Of a stretch of 64,000 nucleotides of DNA, positions 35,496-45,188 are shown one piece after another. Every line of letters starts with the position of its first letter. Position 1 is the first letter of the stretch. The translations under genes were made by a program, and so were the position numbers. The stretch is from an uncultured Gammaproteobacteria bacterium (GTDB lineage: Bacteria; Patescibacteriota; Patescibacteriia; Patescibacteriales; UBA12465). Where the stretch lies: assembly GCA_964435515.1 (NCBI GenBank), contig CAYSZD010000003.1, positions 13,080-77,079 on the forward strand, written 5' to 3'. A model generated the notes under the pieces. That model did no database searches. It saw nothing but the letters and a program-made list of their open reading frames with translations, and was not told the DNA's origin.

Positions 35496-36506
35496 TTATT
35501 TGATTAATTTAGAACATAAATAAGCTAAATCAACTAAACGACAAGCATAGGCCCATTCATTATCATACCAAGCAACTACTTTAACTAAATCGCCATCAAC
35601 AATCTTAGTATTTTTTAAATCAACAATAGCACTATGACTATCGCCTACAATATCAGAAGAAACTAAATCTTCTTCTGAAGCATCTAAAATACCCTCAAGC
35701 TTTGTAGCGGCTGCTTTCTTAAAAGCATTATTAACTGCTAACACAGTAGTTTTTTTACTAGCCAAAAAAACAATATCACAAAGAGATGCGACTGGGGTAG
35801 GAACGCGCACCGCCAAACCATCAAACTTATTTTTTAAGCTAGGAATAGCTTCAGTCACAGAAATAGCAGCTCCAGTAGTGGTAGGTATCATATTAATTGC
35901 GGCCGCTCTAGCACGACGAGGATCTTTATGTGGACCATCAACTAAATTCTGATCAGCTGTATATGAATGAATGGTGGTCATTAAAGCTTTCTTTACACCA
36001 ATTTTTTCTTTTAAAACCGCCATAACTGGCGCTAAACAATTAGTGGTACAAGAAGCATTAGAAATAATATCATCAGTTTTTTTCAAACTTTTTTCATTAA
36101 CCCCTAAAACAATAGTTTTTACTCCTCCCTTTTTAGCAGGAGCAGAAATAATAACTTTTTTAGCCCCAGCTTTTAGATGAAGACCAGCGTCAACTTTATT
36201 AGTAAATCTACCAGTGCATTCAATTACAATATCTACTTTTAGCTTTTTCCAAGGCAAAAGAGAGGGGTCTTTTTCTGCTAAAACAGTATAATGATGATTA
36301 TCAACTATAATACCTTTATCATCACTAGAAATTTTTCTATGATAACGGCCATAACAAGAATCACTCTGTAACAGCAAAGCTAGAGTTTTATTATCACTCA
36401 AATCATTAATCGCTACCACTTTTAATTCAGGGTAGTAATCCAAAATATTTTTAAAGGCAGCTCGACCAATACGACCAAAACCGTTTATCGCAATGTTAAT
36501 TGACAT
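35496..36506 (-). CDS. gap: glyceraldehyde-3-phosphate dehydrogenase
   Basis: INGFGRIGR, SNASCTTNCLAP and WYDNEW. Confidence 0.95.
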   Translation of the reverse strand: MSINIAINGFGRIGRAAFKNILDYYPELKVVAINDLSDNKTLALLLQSDSCYGRYHRKISSDDKGIIVDNHHYTVLAEKDPSLLPWKKLKVDIVIECTGRFTNKVDAGLHLKAGAKKVIISAPAKKGGVKTIVLGVNEKSLKKTDDIISNASCTTNCLAPVMAVLKEKIGVKKALMTTIHSYTADQNLVDGPHKDPRRARAAAINMIPTTTGAAISVTEAIPSLKNKFDGLAVRVPTPVASLCDIVFLASKKTTVLAVNNAFKKAAATKLEGILDASEEDLVSSDIVGDSHSAIVDLKNTKIVDGDLVKVVAWYDNEWAYACRLVDLAYLCSKLIK

Positions 36507-36539
36507 AAAGTTTATATTAATAATATTAATTATACATTA

Positions 36540-36548
36540 ATTATAGCA
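36540..36548 (-). promoter_or_regulatory. extended -10 box TGCTATAAT upstream of gap
   Basis: Minus strand ATATGCTATAATTAATG, about 33 nt before the ATG at 36506. Confidence 0.55.
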
Positions 36549-36561
36549 TATTTTTAGCTAT

Positions 36562-36583
36562 AAAAAAGCCCCTATTAGGAGCT
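36562..36583 (-). terminator. terminator after ricT
   Basis: Minus strand AGCTCC-TAATA-GGGGCT followed by T6. Confidence 0.7.
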
Positions 36584-36608
36584 AATTAATTTTTCAATAA
36601 ATTTAATT

Positions 36609-37445
36609 TTATGATTTTGAAAAAGCTCTTCTATGTTTTGTATCAGAATTAGCCTGCTTAGAATCGAGTTGAATAATCATATCCCTTTCGCCCGATCTTT
36701 CAGATGCTATTCGAACATCTAAGATTTTAGTTAATAAATGTCGGCCAATGACAGTTCCAATTTTACCCTGCACTTTTACCTTAGTGCCTAAAGGTGCTAA
36801 TTCATCCCCTAACTGCTTATAGCCTTCATATTCAAAAGTTAAACAACACATTAATCTGCCACACATACCAGAGATTCTATCACTACCACGATGAGCAACT
36901 TGCTGAGCTTCTGCCATTTCCGAGCTAACGGAAGAAAAATCCTGCAAAAAAGACTGACAACACAATTTTAATCCACAAGGACCACAATCACCCTGAAAAC
37001 GAGCCTGATCCCTAGAGCCTATTTGAAATAAACGAATATTTAAATTAAATTCAGCTGTAAGATCTTTTACTAATTCACGAAAATCAACTCTATTTTCTGA
37101 AGTAAAAGCAAATGTTAAACGATTAGCGCCAAAAGAGAAACGAGCATCAATTAACTTCATCCTTAAATTATGTCTTGTAATGGCTAATTGACACTTCTCT
37201 ATAGCCTGGCGTCTTTTATCTTTATCATATACTTGCTCAGCCTCCGCTAAAGAAGCCAAAGAAAGAACAGCTTTAAGCTCTTGCTTATTTTTTTTCTCTT
37301 CAGAAAAAGATACTATTTTACCAATCTCTTTACCTAAGTCAGTATCAACAATAACAAAATCACCAACACTTGCTTCAAGGGTATCCGCCAAGCTAAAACT
37401 ATATAACTTATCCCAAGGGGAAAATTGTATCTCTGCTATTTTCAT
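36609..37445 (-). CDS. ricT: PSP1 domain protein (RicT/YaaT-like)
   Basis: PSP1 C-terminal-type region plus a Cys cluster (GDCGPCGLKLCCQSF ... GMCGRLMCCL). Confidence 0.75.
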   Translation of the reverse strand: MKIAEIQFSPWDKLYSFSLADTLEASVGDFVIVDTDLGKEIGKIVSFSEEKKNKQELKAVLSLASLAEAEQVYDKDKRRQAIEKCQLAITRHNLRMKLIDARFSFGANRLTFAFTSENRVDFRELVKDLTAEFNLNIRLFQIGSRDQARFQGDCGPCGLKLCCQSFLQDFSSVSSEMAEAQQVAHRGSDRISGMCGRLMCCLTFEYEGYKQLGDELAPLGTKVKVQGKIGTVIGRHLLTKILDVRIASERSGERDMIIQLDSKQANSDTKHRRAFSKS

Positions 37446-37451
37446 AATAAG

Positions 37452-37478
37452 AGAAGGTCTTCATTGAAAAGACCTTCT
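37452..37478 (-). terminator. hairpin after tsf (10-bp perfect stem)
   Basis: AGAAGGTCTT / AAGACCTTCT with a 7-nt loop. The downstream T-run is weak, so it may only attenuate. Confidence 0.5.
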
Positions 37479-37496
37479 ATTACTTTCAAATTTTAT

Positions 37497-38291
37497 CTAA
37501 AGGCTAAAGCGTAAGAAAGACAGAATCTTTGTATCACCCAAGATATCTTTAATCTTTTTCTTATCATCTTTAATGTATTCTTGCTCAAATAAACATACTT
37601 CACTATAATACTTAGCCATTTTTCCTGTTAAGATTTTTTCTACCATTTCTGCTGGCTTTCCTTCTTTAAGCAATTGTTCGCGATATATATCTTTTTCTTT
37701 TTCTAATTCTTCTGGATTAACTTCTGAAGAATATAAATATTTTGGATTAGCTGCTGCAACTTGCATAGCAACGTCAGTCGCTAACTCCTCTTTAGCTGTT
37801 TGATCTAAGGCAACAATAACTCCAATTTTACCACCTAAATGTGAATAAGCAGCTACGCTAGCCCCCTCTAAACATCCAAAATCAGCTATTTCCATCTTTT
37901 CACCAATAGTGCCACTCAAATTATCTAAATCTTCTTTAACAGTGCCCTTCTCTAAAGGCATTGATAATAAAGCTTCAAGGCTAGTCGCTTTATTTTTCAT
38001 AGCCACCTGTAAAACATTATCCGCAAATGTTTGAAATTTATCATTACGAGCAACAAAATCAGTTTCAGAAGTTAAACTAAGAATATAAGCAGCGGTATGG
38101 TTATCATTTAAAGCAACTTTTACCACACCTTCATTAGTTTCCCTGTCAGTGCGCTTAGCTGCTTTAGCAATACCTTTTTTACGTAATATTTCTACTGCTT
38201 TTTGTAAATCATTAGCAGCTTCATCTAAAGCTTTTTTACAATCAACCATCCCAGCGCCAGTCATTTCTCTTAATTGTTTTATTAATTCCAT
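37497..38291 (-). CDS. tsf: elongation factor Ts
   Basis: LREMTGAGMVDCKKAL N-terminal UBA-like domain. Located downstream of rpsB. Confidence 0.93.
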   Translation of the reverse strand: MELIKQLREMTGAGMVDCKKALDEAANDLQKAVEILRKKGIAKAAKRTDRETNEGVVKVALNDNHTAAYILSLTSETDFVARNDKFQTFADNVLQVAMKNKATSLEALLSMPLEKGTVKEDLDNLSGTIGEKMEIADFGCLEGASVAAYSHLGGKIGVIVALDQTAKEELATDVAMQVAAANPKYLYSSEVNPEELEKEKDIYREQLLKEGKPAEMVEKILTGKMAKYYSEVCLFEQEYIKDDKKKIKDILGDTKILSFLRFSL

Positions 38292-38302
38292 ATATATTTA
38301 AT

Positions 38303-38998
38303 TTAATTTTTTAAATCTTTTTTGGCATCAATAATATTTGATTGAACAATGTCCATTAATAATTTAACGGTTTTAGTGGCGTCATCATTAGCAGGAATAG
38401 GATAAGTAACCTCCTCTGGATTAACATTGGTGTCACAAATACCAATAACGGGAATATTTTTTGTCTTAGCTTCTGCTACAGCAGTGGACTCTTCTTTAAT
38501 ATCCCAAACAAATAAAGCATCAGGCATCTTATTTAAAGCCACTAAACCACCAACTCTTTCTTGTAGACGCTTAATGTCACGATCAAAATCTAAACGTTCT
38601 TTCTTAGTATATTTACCTAATTTACCAGAATCTCTTTTTTCAACTAAATCCTGATATTTTTTAACTGACTTTTTCACCACGCTAAAATTGGTTAAATATC
38701 CACCTAGCCATTTACCTACAATATATGGCTGACCAGTCATTTCTGCCATTTTTTTCATTGGCTCTTTAACTTGACTTTTTGTACCTACAAATAAAATATA
38801 CTTACCCTCTTTTATTAAACCAGACATGAATTCTAACGCTTCAGCTAATTTCTCTCTACTTTTTTCTAAATCAATTACATAGATACCGTTTTTAGCGCTA
38901 AAAATATAAGGTTTCATTTTTGGGTGCCAACGATGGGTACGATGACCAAAGTGCATACCTGCTTTTAACATTTCCTCTAAACTTGGTAGTTTTACCAT
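38303..38998 (-). CDS. rpsB: 30S ribosomal protein S2
   Basis: LLKAGMHFGHRTHRWHPKM. Confidence 0.95.
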   Translation of the reverse strand: MVKLPSLEEMLKAGMHFGHRTHRWHPKMKPYIFSAKNGIYVIDLEKSREKLAEALEFMSGLIKEGKYILFVGTKSQVKEPMKKMAEMTGQPYIVGKWLGGYLTNFSVVKKSVKKYQDLVEKRDSGKLGKYTKKERLDFDRDIKRLQERVGGLVALNKMPDALFVWDIKEESTAVAEAKTKNIPVIGICDTNVNPEEVTYPIPANDDATKTVKLLMDIVQSNIIDAKKDLKN

Positions 38999-39123
38999 AA
39001 ATTTTCTTTGTCCCCTGCTAAGAGCAAGGCTTCCGCTTATTAATCTTAAATCTTCTTAAAAGATATTAAGGCAAGAAAAATTAAATAAGCGTGACATTTA
39101 ATTAATAAATTGTTTAATAATAA

Positions 39124-39160
39124 CAAAAAAGATTAAATCTTCAAATAAGATTTTAATCTA
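39124..39160 (-). terminator. terminator after ORF 39233-40723
   Basis: Minus strand AGATTAAAATCTT-ATTTG-AAGATTTAATCT followed by T6. Confidence 0.7.
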
Positions 39161-39232
39161 TTTACTATAATAACGGAAAAAAAACTATGTGTCAAGTAAA
39201 TATTTATAAATATATTAGCTAATAAAAGCTAA

Positions 39233-40723
39233 TTATTGCTGATAAAAAGCCTGATAACGACTGTTAAAAATAGACACCTTTTGATTATAGTCAGCTACTG
39301 CCGACTGATACAACAAAGCTTCTGACTGATAACTTGCAACTAAGTTATTATAAGATCTAACCGCCTCGTTATAAGCTTGCAAGTCAAGAGATGATTTATA
39401 TGTTGCAAGTAATTGTTGCTGTGCATTAATATCTTCATATAAACTATCTAAGTCTTTTTTTTGCAAATCTAAGTCAATTTTTGAGCTATTAACTATATTT
39501 TTTTGTTCATTTAAAAAACTAGCCTCTTGCTTGACCGTTGATATGCCCTGATAAATACGTCCCTTAGTTGCTTGTCTAATCTCTACCCGCCCTAATTGAG
39601 CTATAGAAAAAATATCATTTAAATTGCCATCTATATTCTGAGCCTGGCCATTATTATTGATAACTGGTACTACCGCAATAGGAAAGTAATTAGTTGTTTC
39701 TACAAAACAATAACCAGAGGACTGAATAGAATCAGTCAGCGGACACGCTATTCCCAAAGCAGCATGATTAGCTTCAGGAAAATCTAAAATAGCCGCCCCA
39801 TAACCTAATTCCCTAAGCCATAAAACAGCTAAAAAACTAGTATCAGAACAAATGCCTTGCTGTAAATATAAAGTTTCAAAAGGATAATTGGGCACATTAT
39901 CGCTTAAAGCGGCTCGATTATAATCATAATTTAAATACTGAATAAATGAAATAATAAAAGCCACTCTTTCATCAGGGCTTAAACCTAGTCCATCCGCTTT
40001 ATTCTTTAAAGCCTCTAATAAAGATAGCGTTTCACTATCTTCATCGTCTACTTGCAAAAACATGGCATAAAAAGCTTCACGAATATCATCAGGTTTATTG
40101 CTTGGATAATAAGTATAAACTTTAGCAGCGTTACGATATTTTTGATACAAATTATCACTTAAATTAAATTCTAAACTATAATCAACATTTTTATAGCGCC
40201 AATGATATTCTTTAGTATTTGTTATTAATTGATTCTGACTTATTACTTCATTATCATTAATAGCTGAATCACTTTTAATAGTTATTTGAGCTAAATTTAT
40301 ATTACTAATACCTAGCCCCAAAGTACGCATGACATTAAAAGCATCACTGGGGCGACCTAAATAATACAATTTAGCATTTAAAGGATTGACATAATACGCC
40401 TCTCCTTTTGACTCTACCCGTAATAATATCCTTCCCTTAAATGATGCTGCTCCCTGATCCTTAAATTTACTATAATTTGATTCACTAATACCTAGTCCTA
40501 AATTACGCATTAAATCAAAGGCATCGCTGGGACGTCCCAGGTAATAGCGTTGATTATCTTGAGGATTTACATACCACGCCTCACCAGAAGCTTCAACTTG
40601 GAGTAAAATTCTGCCAGCTAATTGCTGAGCCAAAGTTTGTGCTTTAACTACATAAAAAGAACTAACAAATATACACACGATAGCAACAATAAAATGTATT
40701 CGATATTTTATCAAATATGGCAT
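39233..40723 (-). CDS. secreted protein: two N-terminal ~55-aa repeats, a transglutaminase-like Cys-protease core and a C-terminal coiled coil
   Basis: Signal/TM segment present. Repeats are GRILLQVEASGEAWYVNPQDNQRYYLGRPSDAFDLMRNLGLGIS and GRILLRVESKGEAYYVNPLNAKLYYLGRPSDAFNVMRTLGLGIS. QQGICSDTSFLAVLWLRELGY...NHAALGI...CFVETT fits a C/H/(D,E) transglutaminase-fold pattern. Confidence 0.55.
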   Translation of the reverse strand: MPYLIKYRIHFIVAIVCIFVSSFYVVKAQTLAQQLAGRILLQVEASGEAWYVNPQDNQRYYLGRPSDAFDLMRNLGLGISESNYSKFKDQGAASFKGRILLRVESKGEAYYVNPLNAKLYYLGRPSDAFNVMRTLGLGISNINLAQITIKSDSAINDNEVISQNQLITNTKEYHWRYKNVDYSLEFNLSDNLYQKYRNAAKVYTYYPSNKPDDIREAFYAMFLQVDDEDSETLSLLEALKNKADGLGLSPDERVAFIISFIQYLNYDYNRAALSDNVPNYPFETLYLQQGICSDTSFLAVLWLRELGYGAAILDFPEANHAALGIACPLTDSIQSSGYCFVETTNYFPIAVVPVINNNGQAQNIDGNLNDIFSIAQLGRVEIRQATKGRIYQGISTVKQEASFLNEQKNIVNSSKIDLDLQKKDLDSLYEDINAQQQLLATYKSSLDLQAYNEAVRSYNNLVASYQSEALLYQSAVADYNQKVSIFNSRYQAFYQQ

Positions 40724-40727
40724 AATT

Positions 40728-41393
40728 CTAATCAGCTAAAGTAATAAATAAATCCTCACTCGGTGGATGAGGTAAATGTTTCACATCATTTATATAAGCT
40801 ACTTTAACATAACCATCAGCGTCAATCACTAATTTACTAACAGAAGATTGATATATTTCTAAAGATAAAAAACCAATAACATCAGCATTAATAATACCCG
40901 TTAAAATAGACTTAATAATATTACCATGGCAGAATAAAGCCACTTTTTTACCCTTATGTTTCTTAAATATATCCGCTAAAAATCTCCGCATCTCTGCTTG
41001 AAATTTATTTAAATGTTTATCAAGCTCATGATAATCTTTTAAATATTGCTTACGTCTTTCCTCTGAAGTACGAAAATATTTTACTCGACGCCAATTTACC
41101 CAATCTATCTCATTTAAACGTTCATCGATAATAATTTTTTTTGAACTACGTAAAAAAGAAGCCGTTTCCTGAGAACGAGCTAAAGCACTTGCATAAATAA
41201 CTTCCATCTTATAAGACTTTAGAGATTCAGCTAAAAAAGTCGCCTGCTTTCTACCGGTAGATGATAAAGGCATCAACTTATCACCTAACTTCTTCTCTAA
41301 TCTATAATCAGGGTTAGCATGTCTGATAAGATAAACTTCTGTATAAGGCTTTCTGGTCTTTGGTCTTAATTTAGAATATGGATTTTGCTTCAT
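40728..41393 (-). CDS. histidine phosphatase (phosphoglycerate mutase-like) family protein
   Basis: VYLIRHANPDY (RH motif) and a distal FCHGNIIKS histidine. Confidence 0.75.
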   Translation of the reverse strand: MKQNPYSKLRPKTRKPYTEVYLIRHANPDYRLEKKLGDKLMPLSSTGRKQATFLAESLKSYKMEVIYASALARSQETASFLRSSKKIIIDERLNEIDWVNWRRVKYFRTSEERRKQYLKDYHELDKHLNKFQAEMRRFLADIFKKHKGKKVALFCHGNIIKSILTGIINADVIGFLSLEIYQSSVSKLVIDADGYVKVAYINDVKHLPHPPSEDLFITLAD

Positions 41394-41396
41394 AAA

Positions 41397-41993
41397 CTAT
41401 AAACCTGCCTGTTTAGCGGCAAATGTCCAATTAAACAAATTATTAAAAACTGCTTCTACAAAATCTAATCGTTTATTTTGATAGTCAAGATAATATGAAT
41501 GCTCCCAAACATCCAGCGCTAACAGTGGAATAACATTATGAATAAATACTGGTTCTCCATTAGAAGTCTTCCTTACTTCCAGCTTGTCATTATTTAATAC
41601 TAACCACACCCAACCACTACCAAATTGAGCGCCAGCTTCCTTTTTAAACACTGATAACAGATTATCAAGTGAATCAAAATCCCTATTAATAATAGCTAGT
41701 AATTTTTCTGCTATATTTCTATCGCTAGCATCAGAAGACAGGCTAGACCAAAATATTTCATGATTATAGTGTTGGCCAGCATTATTAAATACAGCTTGCA
41801 ATTCTGGCTTATTATAACTCTTCTCTATAATTTCTTTTAAACTAAGATTTGCCATCTCAGTACCGGCTATTAATTCATTTAATTTATCAGCATAGGCCTG
41901 GTGATGCTTGGAATAGTGTAATTCCATTGTTTGAGCAGAAATGTATGGCTCTAAATCTTTAAAGTTATAGGCTAAAGGACTAAGTTTAAACAT
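41397..41993 (-). CDS. sod: Fe/Mn superoxide dismutase
   Basis: HYSKHHQAY, FNNAGQHYNHEIFW and DVWEHSYYLDYQNKR. Confidence 0.93.
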   Translation of the reverse strand: MFKLSPLAYNFKDLEPYISAQTMELHYSKHHQAYADKLNELIAGTEMANLSLKEIIEKSYNKPELQAVFNNAGQHYNHEIFWSSLSSDASDRNIAEKLLAIINRDFDSLDNLLSVFKKEAGAQFGSGWVWLVLNNDKLEVRKTSNGEPVFIHNVIPLLALDVWEHSYYLDYQNKRLDFVEAVFNNLFNWTFAAKQAGL

Positions 41994-42026
41994 ATATTTA
42001 TTTAATTAATTGTTAATATAGTCTTT

Positions 42027-42035
42027 ATTATAGCA
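42027..42035 (-). promoter_or_regulatory. extended -10 box TGCTATAAT upstream of sod
   Basis: Minus strand TTTGCTATAATAAAG, about 33 nt before ATG 41993. Confidence 0.55.
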
Positions 42036-42138
42036 AACAAAATAAAAAGCTCATAATCACGCCTATTTGACATTGAAAGCTATATGTGTCAATCTTTGAA
42101 TGGTACATTTAAAAATAAAAAAAGAGGGGAGGATATAT

Positions 42139-42996
42139 ATGAAAAAAATCGTAATATACAACGCTTTTGATTATAGCGCTGTATTTTTCCTGGCTGCAGC
42201 TAAAAAAGCCGGCTATGTTCCGCTATCCGCTTGCTCACCAAGTAAGCTATGGGCAAATGGAGCGGAGGATATAATCCTCTGCAATATCGACCCAACAAAG
42301 ATTGCCTTCTCGGTTCAATATCATCCAGATGTTGAACTATATCTCGTTGACAAGATTAAGCTGATAAGCGGCTTACTCTTTTACCCCTTTCGTGAATGGG
42401 ACAAAAGCAAAGCTTCTTTAAATGAACTAATGGCTCATTATACGCCTTCAATGCGTCAAAATGACCAAGACATTCATTCAAGAAATTTTAGTCACAACGA
42501 AAAGGCAGAGAGATACGCCAAAGCTCTTAAAGCGGCAATAGTCAAAGGCTCGAATAGCTCCTGGGATGAATATGAAAGCGTGTTTCAAGCGGCAATCAAT
42601 GAAATTGCCGATGAGCACCTAAGTCCCTTGGTGGAAAATTTCTATTTCCACTACGCTCGAGTTATACAAACAACTGAGAGTGCTATGGCTCGCTTAGAGA
42701 TAAATAAGATGCTGAAAATTCCTAAGCGTCAAGTCGCCTTTGCTTATCTGGATAATGTTTCCGATTATCTAGACTTCTCAGCTTTACGTCAGCATTGCCT
42801 CACAACTCATCCCTATTTGTCCATTATTCAATACAGACAATATGGAAAAGAGTATACCTGGTTCATATCAAATAAAAAATTGGAAGTATGCCAATTCTTT
42901 AGACTACCACCAGGAAATAAATATGAGGCTTTAATTTCCGCGCCTCATAAAACAGTGTTGCATCACTTACAAGAAGTGATAGCCGAACTCAAATAA
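42139..42996 (+). CDS. orphan hypothetical protein (compositionally atypical)
   Basis: 285 aa from ATG 42139, preceded by the strong SD GAGGGGAGG (42124-42132) with a 6-nt spacer. It is the only + strand gene in a long minus-strand run. GC is visibly higher than its neighbours. No motif recognised. Confidence 0.65.
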   Translation: MKKIVIYNAFDYSAVFFLAAAKKAGYVPLSACSPSKLWANGAEDIILCNIDPTKIAFSVQYHPDVELYLVDKIKLISGLLFYPFREWDKSKASLNELMAHYTPSMRQNDQDIHSRNFSHNEKAERYAKALKAAIVKGSNSSWDEYESVFQAAINEIADEHLSPLVENFYFHYARVIQTTESAMARLEINKMLKIPKRQVAFAYLDNVSDYLDFSALRQHCLTTHPYLSIIQYRQYGKEYTWFISNKKLEVCQFFRLPPGNKYEALISAPHKTVLHHLQEVIAELK

Positions 42997-42997
42997 G

Positions 42998-43029
42998 AAA
43001 AAGCCATCCGAATATAGATGGCCTTTTTT
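42998..43029. terminator. bidirectional terminator between the orphan gene and rlmN
   Basis: GCCATC / GATGGC stem with an 8-nt loop, flanked by A5 and T6. Confidence 0.7.
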
Positions 43030-43052
43030 ATTAACTTAATGCAGAAATAAAC

Positions 43053-44072
43053 TTAAATATTTTTCGTCTTTTTATTGCCAGCTAACTGACCACAAGCCGC
43101 ATTAATTCCCTGTCCCTGACTATATCTAGCTGTAACAGCGACACCAAGTTTTTCTAATTTCTCCTTAAACTGCTCAATCCTAGCAGAATTAGATGCTTGA
43201 AACTTACCAGTCGGATTGTATGGTATCAAATTAACTAAATAAAGTTTCTTTCTCATAATCTGTGCTAAGGCCGCCGCATCATCATCAGCATCATTTACAT
43301 TTTTAAGCATAATATATTCAAACATCACCCTTCTGCCTGTTTTAGAGATATAGAAATCAACTGCTTTTAAAATATTACCAATAGCATATTTCTTAGCAAT
43401 AGGCATTAATTGGCTGCGCAATGAATCTAACGGAGCATGTAAAGAAATAGCTAGATTAATTTGCATTTTCTCACTAGCTAATTTTTTTATTCCTTCAATA
43501 ATACCACAAGTTGAAACAGACATACGACGAGAACCAATATTAAATTTTTCTGGATTATGAAAATCACGAGCCGCTTTAATAAAATTATCATAATTAAGGA
43601 AAGGCTCACCCATGCCCATAAATACTATATTATCAATTTTTTCCTTATCACCTTCTTCTCTTAATTGACGAGCCCAAAATATATACTGATGTTCAATTTC
43701 TTCCGCACTTAAATCACGCTGAAAACCAGCTTCACCAGTAGCACAAAAACTACAAGCTAAAGCACAACCAGCCTGAGAAGATATGCAAAGCGTGTCACGA
43801 CCATCCCTATGGCGTATTAAGACAGTTTCCACTTCTACTCCGTCTGCGTATTTAATTAAAGCTTTCTCAGAGCCTCTACCCACTTTTTCCTTAATAATAC
43901 TAGCCTCAATATTTAAAGGGCATTCTTGATTGAGCTTTTCTCTTAAAGGCAGAGACAAAACACTAACCTGGTTCCAATCACTAACATAATCTTGATAAAC
44001 AGCTTTAAATGCTTGCTTAAATCGAAATTTAGGCTCATCATGCAGTATCTCAGATAATCTGGATATATCCAT
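43053..44072 (-). CDS. rlmN: 23S rRNA/tRNA (adenine-C2)-methyltransferase RlmN (radical SAM)
   Basis: CALACSFCATG radical-SAM cluster motif, GMGEPFLNYD, and a C-terminal Cys (INAACGQL). Confidence 0.9.
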   Translation of the reverse strand: MDISRLSEILHDEPKFRFKQAFKAVYQDYVSDWNQVSVLSLPLREKLNQECPLNIEASIIKEKVGRGSEKALIKYADGVEVETVLIRHRDGRDTLCISSQAGCALACSFCATGEAGFQRDLSAEEIEHQYIFWARQLREEGDKEKIDNIVFMGMGEPFLNYDNFIKAARDFHNPEKFNIGSRRMSVSTCGIIEGIKKLASEKMQINLAISLHAPLDSLRSQLMPIAKKYAIGNILKAVDFYISKTGRRVMFEYIMLKNVNDADDDAAALAQIMRKKLYLVNLIPYNPTGKFQASNSARIEQFKEKLEKLGVAVTARYSQGQGINAACGQLAGNKKTKNI

Positions 44073-44090
44073 ATAATTATAATTTTTTAA

Positions 44091-45185
44091 TTAAGCTTTT
44101 ATTAATTTTATTAAAACAATTTCCGAACGACTAAACAATCTTAATGGTGGACCCCAAGTCCCTGCCCCAGCACTCACTATCAGCGTGTAATCTTTTAATC
44201 TATACACCCCATTCACAAAACCACGATATAATGCCTTAGCAATTAAACCAAAGGGCCACATTTGACCTCCGTGAGTATGACCTGATAATTGCAAGCTAAT
44301 TCCTAAACCTTTCACTTCAGGCACATTTTTTGGCTCATGATATAGCAAAATACTAGCTTTATTAGGATTATGCTTTATGTCGACCCTCAACTTCTTATTC
44401 ATATCCAAGTGCCCCTCATAATAACAGCTAATACCAATAATTTGCAAGTCTTTTTCTTCATGTAAAACATTATCTAAAACTATAATATTAGAATTTTTAA
44501 GAAGTGCCTTCACCCTATCTTTGCCCAAAAGCATATCATGATTACCAAAAGAATAATAAACGCCGCTTGGAGCGTCTAATTTTCGTTCATGAAACCAAGA
44601 AAAATTAGCTTCCATGCCATCAAATAAATCACCGGTGATAAAAATAGCTTCTGCCTTTAAGTCCTTTATTTTTTTAAGTAAATTATCAAAAAAACGCTGA
44701 CGCCAAATAGGACCCAAGTGAATATCTGAAATATGTACAATTTCTTTGTCCACCCAATAATCAGGTAAATTATTCATTTTAATTGTCACTCTTTTTATTC
44801 TCCAACACTGAGCCGCCCAAGCTTCAGGAATTAAAATCAAGACAGATAAAACAATTAGATATAGGCCTTTAATATAATAAGTTAAGGCTAAAAATGGAAA
44901 AAAATATACTATTGCATAATATAGCAATGCTAAGAGAATGGTATTTAACATAAAACCCAACCATAGACCAACCACCAAATACAGAGAACGACTAAGCATA
45001 TTATCTCGCCAATAAATCAACAACGGAGCTATCACTGTTAAGGATAAAAACATTAAGAGTATCGCTCCGACCGCCATTTGTATAAAAATATCATTTAAGC
45101 CCAAAAAATCACGCCACAAAAAAAACATAATTAAATGGGCGGAAATATCAACTATTACGTTCAAAACAAAAAATATATATTTCAT
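44091..45185 (-). CDS. membrane-anchored metallophosphoesterase
   Basis: Four or five N-terminal TM helices, then SDIHLG, TGDLFDG, GNHD and GHTHGGQ. Confidence 0.85.
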   Translation of the reverse strand: MKYIFFVLNVIVDISAHLIMFFLWRDFLGLNDIFIQMAVGAILLMFLSLTVIAPLLIYWRDNMLSRSLYLVVGLWLGFMLNTILLALLYYAIVYFFPFLALTYYIKGLYLIVLSVLILIPEAWAAQCWRIKRVTIKMNNLPDYWVDKEIVHISDIHLGPIWRQRFFDNLLKKIKDLKAEAIFITGDLFDGMEANFSWFHERKLDAPSGVYYSFGNHDMLLGKDRVKALLKNSNIIVLDNVLHEEKDLQIIGISCYYEGHLDMNKKLRVDIKHNPNKASILLYHEPKNVPEVKGLGISLQLSGHTHGGQMWPFGLIAKALYRGFVNGVYRLKDYTLIVSAGAGTWGPPLRLFSRSEIVLIKLIKA

Positions 45186-45188
45186 AAA

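Noticed and set aside
38999-39123. A conserved rpsB autoregulatory pseudoknot leader.
   Set aside because: Only short local stems are visible (ATCTT/AAGAT and CCUUGCU/AGCAGGG). I cannot match them to the known S2 leader architecture from memory. It is left unannotated rather than guessed.
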